This document shows, piece by piece, positions 34,001 through 46,000 of a DNA stretch of 64,000 nt. Position 1 is the stretch's first letter. Each line of letters starts with the position of its first letter. Both the position numbers and the translations under genes were made by a program. The notes under the pieces were generated by a model. The model made no database searches and was not told the origin of the DNA. It saw nothing but the letters and a program-made list of their open reading frames with translations. The stretch comes from Heteronotia binoei (lineage: Eukaryota): contig NC_083224.1 of NCBI RefSeq assembly GCF_032191835.1, positions 141,422,001-141,486,000 on the forward strand, written 5' to 3'.

Positions 34001-37000
34001 TGGAGCTGGTAAACCACTGACCTTTGTGGGTACGACCAATTATCAAATCTAGAAAGCTTAGTTGTTGCTCGACTGGGTTAAGCCTATCCTCAGAGAATGA
34101 CCATGGAAACTGAACATTTGGAAAAATGGTGGTTGTCTGTAAAGGAATATGAAAACATTAAAAATTAAGTACAGCCAATGTTCCTTCAGCACTATCTTTC
34201 TGTTTACATATCTGACAAACATAAGGATGTAACTCAAACCAAACCTACATTCTGTGCTACCCCCTCCAGCCTCCTCATGCAGTTTTCCACTTCATCGCTA
34301 TTGTATCATCTTGTATTATTGGCCAATTAAATAATATTGGCCAAGTTGCACTGTGTTCTATGCCAAAAATCATAGCATCCTCAAAACAAACAGATACATA
34401 ATATATTCCAGCATAGTCACACATGGCTTCATCCTTTCACATTTTGGAAAAGCAAACAGACAAGGTGCAAAACAGAAAAACGTTAGGGAAGCAGAACTGC
34501 GATATTCGTTTGAGTTTGTACTTTCAAATCTGTCACTATGGAAGTAACATCAAAAGAACTTACACGTGAAGTTTTGAGAATTACATCATACTTTTCTGAA
34601 GTTCTTGCAACTGTAATCATCTTAATCTGGTCATAGGGGTTTCTTTTCTCTTCCAGTGAGATGCCAAGCATGTTAAGCATTTTCAAGAAAACGCAAGAAA
34701 TTCTGGAGGGGAGAAAAAGCAAAAGGCTGGCCATAGTCCCCAAGTGTAGAAAAGACATTTTGCATGAGCTTAAACAGTTATCTCCAATGAAGTCTCAGGC
34801 ACAAGGTAAAATAATTTGTTTCTCTCTTCAGCCTGCCCATCTGCAGGGGAAAGAGGTGGGGGTGGACTAACATCTTGTTTTCCACAGGGCTTTTTTTGTA
34901 GCAGGAACTGCTTTGCAAATTAGGCCACACACCTCTGATGGAGGCAATCCGCCAAGAGTTTACAGTAGACCCTGTAAGAGGAGCTCTGTAAGCTCTTGGA
35001 GGATTGGCTATATCAGGGGGGGGTGTAGCCTATATGCAAAGGAGTTATTGCTTCAAAAGAAGCGCTGGTTTCCGATCCCTCCCAGTTACTTAATTGTCCT
35101 CAAAAGCATGTCAGAGTGCTGGCAGCAGGCATGGGAAGAAACAGCAGCCAGGCAAAACTAAGACTGCACATATGCTTCCAGTCATAAGCGTGAAAAGATC
35201 AGTTATGACCTTTGATATTTTTAATGATATATACTATAAATAAATGATTTAAATGTATACATTTACTCACTTCTTCTTTATTTCATGAGGAACTTTGGTA
35301 TATTCAACCTTCATTTGCAAAGCTGGACGATGATCAAACCAACCAATCTCAGCTAGTGCTTTAATTTTATATTGGCTTTTCTCGACATTTTTCCAAAAGG
35401 CCTGTAGGACAGAGGAGGATATTGAGAAGTTCATTAAGTGCATCATTCAATTTTGAATGTGCTTTTGGACTTGCTGCTCTCTGACAGTATATGGGATTTT
35501 TAAAGACTCACCACTACTTTGTACGGGTTCAAAAGTGCACCTTCCATGAAGGCTATTGGTTTGTTTGGTTCTGAGATCCTTGACAGAACTACTTGTATCT
35601 TGACCATAGAAGTTTCGAAGTCTTTATATCCCATAAACAGGATGCCTTTTTTTGTACCATTTGCATAGATGACACGGTAAACAGCAAGCACCGATGGTTT
35701 TTTATGCTCTCTCAGTGAACTGAGCTAAAATGAACAAAGACAAAATTATTTTAGATTCAACACCTCTTAAAGTAAGTGCACAATTAAAACTAGTTTCAGT
35801 TTAAATATAGCTATCCATGGCTTTAAAACTTCTCATTAAAAGGGCTTTTCAGTGAAAGCTTGCCTTTCTCAAGACTTACAAAAAGCCATTCCTTTCAGCA
35901 CTTAACGCAAAACTTCTAACTATCAAGGGACTCAGCTAATAGCTAAAAAGATGCTGATATTTAATTAAAGTAAATATAGAAATAAAAGTTTTAAAGCAAA
36001 GGAAAACTGCCATAGATACGTCTTCTTTCAAGATGAGCAATATCCTATGTGAAAAAATATCAGTTCTTAAATACGTAAGGTTGGATACAATGATCCACTG
36101 GTGGAAAGCACTGAATCATCATGAATCATTCCTACTTTCTCCTCCCTAAAGGAGTAATTTCTGACTCAGGAAGGTTGATTCTCAAAATGCAACACCCACA
36201 AGGAGTATAGGCTATGTAGGTCAGTGAGCTGTAGTGAGGAGTGGGAAGGATGCAATATCATCTTCCCTGCTCTTTCATCAGCAGAGCTCCACTGATGGAA
36301 GAGGGAGAAGGTAACAATTTCACCACCTCCTTCCTCCTCCTAACACTCCACCAACCAGCATGGTTACATGGATCCCATAACCCAGGAATCATTTTTCAAG
36401 GGATCAGAAGGGACTGCTGGGGAGGCAGTAGAGAAGACCATCAACTCTTTCACAGATATCCAAGATCCTTGTCCCATCTTTTTATTTCTTATATTTTTAC
36501 ACCGTGCTTCTTCTGTGGAGCTCAAGGCCAATGCACATGTGGGACCCTCTTTTTTCCCAAAGAGACAGTTTAGTATAATAGATTGGGATCAGAAAGAGTG
36601 ACCTGGTGAGCTTCACAGCTAAACTACTATCCTGATACTTTAACCATTTTGGCTCTCCACATGAATCTCTGCTCACTTACGTCATGACATGAAGCTCTTC
36701 TCCATAGTCCTTTGCCATCCAAGGCAAGAATAATGGATAAGAGCTTTCTCTGTTCAACAACCATTCTGAACAATGTGCTGGAGAATTCTGGAAAATTGAA
36801 TAGTTTTAATTGTCCTTTAGAAGAGCAATTGAAACTATTTAAACAGAATTTTGGAGATTTGCCTATTTTATTCTTTCTGCTTTTATATTTTAATATTAGT
36901 AACCATTGCTAATTATGATGCAGTTTTTTAAAATCAAGGAACATAAGTGTCTTATCTACATTTTACTGTAAACAGCTTGGATAGTCTTACTGCAGGCCCG

Positions 37001-40000
37001 TAGCTACGAGAGGGCCTATGGGGGAACAGCCCCCTGACTGCTAGGCTGGAGGTTGGGGCCACTATGTGCCCCCTGAAAAAAATCACGGCCCCCCAATTCT
37101 TCAAATCCTGGCTACGGGGCTGTCTTATTGGGTTCAAAGATAAAGATAATGAACAAATCAGATCTGATTATCTAGTACTGTTTTCTATTTATTCCAACTA
37201 CAGCAGATCTGCAAAATCCTATCAATGTTGACATTTGACAAAGTGAAATTTTGAGACTCACCTCCAAACTGCTGCTAGAACTAGAGGAAGACGAGCTGCT
37301 GCTGCTGCTCTTCCTGCTGCTCTCACTGCTGCTGCTGCTGCTGCTGGTGCTCCTGCTCTTCCTGCTGCTCCTACTGCTGCTCTCGCTGGTGCTGGTACTG
37401 CTGCTCTCACTGCCATGGCTGCCTGGTCTGCGATTACTGCTGGCTGATCCATGTTGTGCTATTTTCTACACAAATGAAAATGCACATCCTCAAGATTTAA
37501 AATAACTTGCAGAATTATAAAGAGCAGTGCAAGCAGACCCTTACATACTCTATGAACAAGGCAGTTTCTCCTGCAGTCTATGGTATACATCCATTTATTA
37601 TTCAGAATGTTTTGTCCTACACATTTTGATGTGTGAGACGCAGCCATGCAACCTGCAGCTGCTAATTTTAAAAATATTTGTAATTGTTCATTAAATATAA
37701 TTAATACATCCAAAATATCAAACATAAGAATTTAAAACATATAGACAAATAGTTTATATCACAGTTCATTCACATTTCATCAGGCACCATCATTTATTTC
37801 CTGCCCCAGTCATGTCCCATTTTTCACAACATATATTTCTTTTCATACTCTTAAGGCTATTCAAAAGTTGATAGTATTTTGAGAACATATCTTTTCTAAC
37901 ATCTATTGATATTTGTTTGAACTGACATTTCTATGCTGCTTTGATTGTAATGTATCTTGCTTCAACTCAAACTCTTTAACTGATTATACTGTAGCATAAA
38001 ATCTATTTAGTTTCTGCTTTACTGACTAATTTACAAGAAGACATATTTTGATTTATTTTAACTAGAATTTTAACCTCTTCCTCTGGAATTTTTCCTAGAT
38101 TCCAGTCTGATAGTGATATACAGAGTTCATGAAGTATCACAAAGAAAGCAAAGTTTCCTTCTGATTAACCCAGACTATAATCATTCTGTATTTAGAATTC
38201 AAATTACAAGCAACACATATGTGGAAAGACATATTTCCAATTTACTTTTGATTAAAATGTTAATACATATAACATAATTAGAGTAGAATCTACAAACAAT
38301 TTCCTGAAAATTTGGTAGATACTTATCTTTGATATAGGAGGACGCTGAAATAGGAAGGCATCACTGACATTTTAATCAGTGAACTTTCCCCATCCATGAT
38401 AGTTTATTGGTGCTTTCCAAAGCAGAGTTATGCATTTCTAAGTCAACTGACTTCAGTGGACTTAGCAAGATGTAACTCTGTTTGGGATGGCACTGTCAAC
38501 ATTTTCCATACTTTAATATTCTTTTTAAAAAAATAGTAATTCAATTAAAATTAATATCAACCAAGTTGCAGTGGATATGAAAAAGCAACAATATTTACCA
38601 GAAAAACTCAACATTTGAATTACAAATATATGTTTTAATTTCCTCTCATGCTACATTCAGATTTCATTTGGTTCTTTATATTCCTCATTTATTCTTTTCA
38701 AGAATAAATGAGGAATATTAAAAAATCTTCAGCCCCCTAAATTAAAAATCTGTAAAAAATTCAGCCTTCCTTAAATTATGCCTATTATTTATACCATTGA
38801 GAGTACAATTACCCCTGCTTGCATCAATGGGAAGCTTGTTCCATCACATTTTTCCTGCCAATAGAAGGATGAAGGTGAAGTGGTTTCACATTCCCTCCAC
38901 TTATCCCCTTGTGACCTTTTTTCTGCAACCTTTTGAAGTGTATCAACTGCACTTATAAACTATTTTTTACTGTAAGTAAACCAACTGAAATTCACTCCCT
39001 TTTATCACATTGAAATGGAGGAAGAAACCTGTTAAAGGACTATTTCTGGTGTTGTTTTCATGTCTGACTATTTCAGTTTTTTGCTGTGTCCACTCAGACT
39101 TCTATCAGAGCATGTAACAAAGTGGCTGAAACATATTACCTTCAGCTGAAGATGTGGTGTAAGGTGGATGTCTTCTGGGTTTTCCTTAGAAAACAATAAA
39201 AGCAGAATGTTAAAGAACTTTTTGCAATGGCATTCAGTGGTCAAACTTAAAAATAGGGTGACAAACTGACACCATGATAAATGAATGACATTAATTGGCA
39301 AATAGCATGAACAGAAGCACCGGTGTTCCTGAATGTCAATCTCTTGAAAGTCCTGCCAGAAAAATATGGGAATTAAGAAGTAATATCTAAACTCTTTGCA
39401 TAGAAAAAACAGCTGCTTTATCTAAGGCTAAAACAAAGTATGTTTCAAAAACATTTTCCTACATGTTGGAAAGTGGAGAACAAAGAACAAACTTCAGACT
39501 CTTCTGCTTCAAAGTAACAATGTATCCAGTGCAGCCTTTCAAGGTAACTGATCAATGGCACTAAGGACTCTTCCTGACTGAAGATGTTTCAGGCAGCAAG
39601 ATTAAACATATCCAAACATTCAGCACATTTCGGAACACAATTATGCCTGCAGTCAGATATCAACCCAGAGGATTAGTGGGCTTAGCATAGATGTTCACAG
39701 TCCAAAAGAAAGACTATGATGGCTACAACATCCAATGTAACCTTGTACTTATCTGTATGTGTATGCGGCTGTCTCCTACACTTCTCATTTCGTGCTACAA
39801 AGCCCAGCCAGAATAGCTCATCCTGTGTAGACTCAACCTTCATCCAGAGCAATTCCATTGAATTCCCATGCTGGCATAAGTGATTTAAGGACTGCAGCCT
39901 GGCACCTCTAACAGCTCATGCCAGTGTTTTCTTTTGTGGCTCAAAACCCCTTGCATTATAGTACAGTTGAAATAGCCAGGGAAACACTTCATCTTGTTTC

Positions 40001-43000
40001 CAATATGTGCTAGCACAGCAAGGCTTGTGTTTAGGCACAAAATTTACAGAAAGGGCTCTTACACTCCAAGTGCCGTGGCCCGGGCTTATCTGGCAAGTGG
40101 GTGGACTGGCTCTCAAGCAGGCCAGCTGATGGATTGCTCTGGGTTCCAGAAGACCCATGGTGTGCACTGTTACATGAAAGGAACATTGCTGTATATTCTT
40201 GCATGGCTCTCATCTTGACCAGGTGAGAAGATCTGCTTTTCACTGCAATCCGCTGGAACTAGTTAGCTGAGTGCTGGGTATGAACCCCTTTTCCTGTTCA
40301 CCATCCCAAACAATACCAATTATACTTATGACAATTAAAGCATTTTTACCCCTCTAGTGGATTTTCGGCCCTTCTCACCGCTGCCCCTTTCATCGTTTCT
40401 GCAGCTGCTGCTATCACTGCTGCTACGGCTGCTTCGACTGCGGCTGCTGCTGCTGCAGCTGTCACTGCTCTGGTCACTGCTGCGGCTGCTGCCACTCTGG
40501 TCACGGTTGTTGCTCTGGCTATTGCTGTATCTGACAGTACTGTCCCTGTCTCTGCCCTGAGAAGAGTGTTTTGGTTCACGACGACCTGCAGACTTCCACT
40601 TGTTGCTGCTGGTTTCCCCACTGTCGCTGCTGCTGCCGCTGCTTCTGCTGCTGCTGCTGCTGCCGCTTCTGCTGCTGCNNNNNNNNNNNNNNNNNNNNNN
40701 NNNNNNNNNNNNNNNNNNNNNNNNNNNNNNNNNNNNNNNNNNNNNNNNNNNNNNNNNNNNNNNNNNNNNNNNNNNNNNNNNNNNNNNNNNNNNNNNNNNN
40801 NNNNNNNNNNNNNNNNNNNNNNNNNNNNNNNNNNNNNNNNTTCTGTTTCTGGGAGATCCATCTTTGTCCCCGCGCCAGTTGCTTCTGTCGTTCTCATTGC
40901 TACTCTCACTAGTATCATCACTACTGCTGCTGCTTTCACCTCTCCTTTTNNNNNNNNNNNNNNNNNNNNNNNNNNNNNNNNNNNNNNNNNNNNNNNNNNN
41001 NNNNNNNNNNNNNNNNNNNNNNNNNNNNNNNNNNNNNNNNNNNNNNNNNNNNNNNNNNNNNNNNNNNNNNNNNNNNNNNNNNNNNNNACTAGGGCGAAGC
41101 TTTTGTTTCCTTACAGATGATGACTTCTTCTCAGTTTTGATTGGACTCTGCTGCATTATTAAGAGTAAAGCACAGGGTGATATAAGACAATTGAAAAGCA
41201 CCTTGGTTTAAAAAATAAATATTAATTCAGTGACATTGTATTTGACCCTTTCTTTTCCTTACCAAGGAAACAAAATTATTAAAGTGACTATATTTAATAT
41301 GTTTGAATTATGTGTGGCTATTACAGCTGCTATAGAGAACGTCTTAAACAGAATAAAGATGTCCATCCATTTAAACAGAAACTCTAAGTGAAGGATCCTG
41401 GAACACCTGATGGGTGGCACAGTCCTATAAAAATGTTTAATCTTGGCAAGTTGTATGATGCTCTTATATACCTTTTGAAGTTTGAGGTCCACTTCAGCTT
41501 GAGACTCTCTGCTTAGCAGTTCCATTGTTTTGTCGGGTATCCTGTTACCTAGATCGACCTCCAGCTCTATCATCTGAGCTTCAGCACATGTAGAGTCTAG
41601 AATTCACATACATACATTCGAAAATGAGCATGATTTCATGCGTGCTCATAAGAATATGAACTGAAAGTTTCATTTACATTCAATACCTGGTAAAATGTCC
41701 ATTGTAAATTCATGTTCTCCAGTTATCCTTTTCATTACTTCTGTTAAAAATGCGTTCTCCCTTCCTTTCATGTTTGTACGCATAGACAGTTCCACATAAT
41801 GCAATGGTTTGTATATAGCTTCATCACTGAACGTTTCTGTTATTGGCATCTCAGCACTAGCAGATTTCTTGAGTTTTTTCTCAGAAGTAGTCTTTTGCTA
41901 CAATGAACATTTTTTGTCAGTTTTGAGAATTACTCCAAATTGAATAAATGAAACCAAAGAATAAAAGTTTTAAAATTGCCTAGAGACCCTAAAGTTTGTT
42001 TGTTGGGTTTTATAAGTACATACATACCAACAAAATATAGATCAGCGGTGCATGACGTAATTACAATCACAAGAATGATTATAGCTAGTAATCGAAAATT
42101 TCCAATGTTTTTAATATTTAAAAAAATGGGTAGCCAAAATATTGCACATTGTGAAATTGGCAAAGTTAACAGAACTAATGCAATTGTGTGATGGAAGGCC
42201 TTATTTCACTCAGAGCTGGCTACCTTTCTGGAATAGGGGATATCATTTAACAGCCAATATATATAACTGTGCAGGGTGGTTGGGTTTTTTTTTTCAAATA
42301 GATGCATAATTGTGGAGCTAGGGGCTAAGATATGAGAAATAATTATCTGAAATGACTATTTTATCTATGAGACAGAAAAGTATGAGTTTGTAGGTAGGTA
42401 AGATGGTATTAAGTTTAACAAGTGGATAGGTTTGGATACATGTATGTTGTGAAAGTGGCTAAGTAGATCAATTACGTTATTAATATTATTGTTAGATCAA
42501 TTATTATTGTCAAATGTTATTAATATTATTGAAAGTGGTTAAGTAGATCAATTATGTTATTAATATTATTACTTGTTAGATCAGTTATGTTTTTAATATT
42601 GATAGTGACATGTCTGTTTTGTATTTGAAATAATTATATACTAGATAATTTTTAAAAAAAAAAAAGAAGCTAAACCAAAGTAACATGCAAAGAACTCACA
42701 TATACAAATAAAAGTTATATAGTAAAGGGGCAAGTTGGAAGGATTTCAGGGGCATGTCATTTTCCCCTTCCCCAGTATTTTGTCTTTCTCCTCTCTATAG
42801 TCTCTACTCTTTTTCTGTTTCCTTCTCTCCCTCCTACTCAGGCACTTTCCACACATGAATAATAGATATTTACTGCCAAGTTGTCTTCTCTTGAAACTCT
42901 TTCTTCTGACACGAAATGTTCATCCTGGAGACTGGCTTCTGATTTTTTTGAAACAAGCGGGATCTTCTTCTCAACATTGGGCTCTGCTGAATTTCTCGCT

Positions 43001-46000
43001 ACCAAGTATGAGTCATGTCTGCATGGAAATGCAATGATTTAATATTATAAATATGGAACATGATATGTTGAATTTTAAAAGCATTCAAGTCAAGGATACA
43101 GCATTTGTGGTTCTGTGCTGCACTGAAGCAAGACACCATAGCTCTGTGATATGATGCAGACTTTTAATGTATAGCTTCACTCCTTGACATGTCCAGTTAA
43201 AAGCATTATGAGTAGAACAAAACAAGAGCAAAGATTTTATATAAATTAAGGTTACTGTACTTTGCTGCCACCAGCTCAGTCTTCTTGCAGACTGGAGGGA
43301 ATCCAATCTTGTAGCTCTTATCTTTCACGTCTATTGTTATGGTTGCCTTCAGTGGGACATGTAGAAGGAAATCACCGCTAATTTCCATAGTTCTCTGCCA
43401 TTCATTTGCAACAATTCCCATACTTATTGCACCATGACCAGTAACTCTAAAACAAGATGGGAAGGGATCTCTGTTAGAAAAGCTTGAATTGTAATTAACT
43501 GTGTTCTTTTACAATCAGAATCCCCCATTTTACAAATAAAACTATGACAATACTTTTAAAAGAATAGTAATATAAAATTCATTATTTTCCTTACGCAGCA
43601 TTAATGTCAACTGAAAGTTTTAGTGTGGCCAGTTCTGATGGATGGAAATTGGAATCCACAGGAGGAGACACCACTGCACGCACTGCAAAAGATTAAATAA
43701 GAAACTGACAAAAATGAAAAGAATCACATGTAAAGGTTGAGGGCTTTCCTAACGCATTATCAGTGAACCCAGACCCACACCATAAACAGTAGAACCTTTG
43801 TATTTATTCTTAAAATGTTCATGAAATACTTGGTGGTCAATCCTCATAGGATTGTTAGTGCTATGGGAAATAACACAGAGTTAATCAGTATAAGTATTTT
43901 GGATGGTATAGCAACTCTACGTTCCTCTGTCCACAAATAAAGCAGAGCTATGTGCCCTAGGATCCAAGCATCACCAGGGCTAAAAGGGTATTAACCAAAC
44001 TGTCATGTGAGCCATATGTGATCTATGTAGCTAGGGAGAGGTCTTGATTATGCTTGTAATATGCCTTAGTAGATCAAAAGTAACTCAATTGATTTTAATA
44101 AAGTTAGGTTCATATGAAGTAAAGTAAGCAAAATGCCACTCCTTCCCTGTCCTGTAAGGGTTAGAACTGGGAGCAGTCCTTGCTGGTGGCCCACAGAGGA
44201 TAAGAACATTATGACATGCTAATAGAGAAGGTGAGGCTGGGTGCCTTATTAAGGATCCATTACAGTGTTCATTTCATGCTACATTTGCCTGGGATCACTC
44301 CATCCATGCACTATTAATACAGAGAAAAGTATCCTTGTAACATAAGAAACATGCAGCAAAGAGCAATAGAATTGTAAGTGACATTTGATGGAGGAAAATG
44401 CCATCTAATAGCAGCCAACTTATGGTGACCTGGAGGGCTTTCGAAGCAACAGACATTCAGAGGTAGTTTGCCATTATCTGCCTCTGCAAAGCAACCCTAT
44501 AGTTCTTTGGTGGTTCCCCACCCAAGTACCCACTAGGGCCAACCCTGCTTAGCTTCTAAGATGAAGCTAGCCTGGACCATCCAGGTTAGGGCAAGTGACA
44601 TTTATCTCTGTGTATATGCAGTTGACTAGATGATATCGTTCTGATATTTGAGAGAATTTAGCAGTAAAGCAAAATCATTAAGCTTTGTAAACTTGATCTG
44701 AGTTTTATCATTGGCTACAACCACCTCCACTGCACAGTATTCTCCCAAACTAGTGGAAACATTTATCTCCAGGCTTACCATTTGCTGAAATATCTGCGAT
44801 GAACATGCCAGTTGCACCTACTTCCAATGGCATACCAAGATTGTTAGGAAACATGCGCCGAATCTCTGGAAATGCCACTGGACTGACAACTTGGCCTGAA
44901 ATGCCTTCTTGGAGGTTTCTGAAGACCTTATTAATCAGTGGCTGAAAATACTCTTCACTCAGATTCTGCAATAGGGGAAAGATGCAGTAAATTGGAAACC
45001 AAGCAGATCAAATTGTTAATCAGATCATGAAAACAAACAAACCACTACTACCTTAGGTTTGATGAGATAGGCAATTTCTTTGTCAAACATACTGAAACTA
45101 ATAGATTGATCTTGGCTTTCAGGATATACTCCTGGCACCTGAAAATCAAGGGGGAAATATGATTTAATATTAGATCTATTGAAATAAACATAGAAGTAAA
45201 CAAAATAGCAGAAATTATCTGATTATTTATGAAATCAAATAATTCTAAGCATACTCCACTTGCAGCTTTTCGCATTTTCTTAAAGAGGACCACTCCCCTT
45301 TGTGAGAGTCACAATCTTAAAATGTAAAGACCATTGTGAGACCAAGTCCTTTATTACAGTTTGTCCTTGGTGATGAAAGATGGGGGAGAAACATACTCTT
45401 AAATCCAGGGTTTTACCACCATAGCTTGCTTAATAAAAACCCTAGCCATAATCCCACCGACCATTTTCCTATGGAAGATGTTACTCAAAGAATTAATTTA
45501 CATACCACTTTTTCAGCCTTGCTTATCTTCTGATTAAAGTGGCTTCGTCCCTTCAAAAGTTCATCGAGGATACCACTATTTAAACGAGCCTGTGTTTTTA
45601 GAGAACATAATAAGAATCAATAACATTTATCATTTGTGAAGCAATGGAGCAGCGGAATATGACTCTTAAACGTTTAATCTAGAGTACATCAATGTAACAC
45701 AGACCTCAAACAGATTAGTTTTTCCACCAGGAAGCAGTAGTTGTGTGGTTAACATTGTACTTGAAGGGAATAGATTTTTGGCAGTGCTCTCTGTGATAAC
45801 TTTTTCAATAAATCCAATTCCTCGTTGGCCTGTAAGAAAAACAGAAATAAATCAGATTTTTCAGTACTGAAATGGAAAGATGAAGCCTATGCTATTATTC
45901 TTTTAAACTATTTTCTCAGGAAGCTTGCAGTCATTCATGCTTCTATTGATGGAGTCCAATGTTGACTCAATCCTAAGCATTCGTGCTAGAATAGCTTTGT

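Noticed and set aside
40031-40243. ORF ..SAHHGSSGTQ.. as an extra exon after phosvitin
   Set aside because: Weak acceptor, and it would end in phase 1, which breaks the frame with the phase-0 exons that follow.
40346-41211. Long poly-Leu, poly-Ala and poly-Cys ORFs (40346-40939, 40566-41120, 40600-41211; also 37251-37505)
   Set aside because: They are alternative-frame or antisense readings of the (AGC)n polyserine exons, not separate genes.
44626-44817. Minus-strand ORF continuing past exon 17
   Set aside because: No vitellogenin similarity; exon 18 is found at 43595-43682 with the correct phase.
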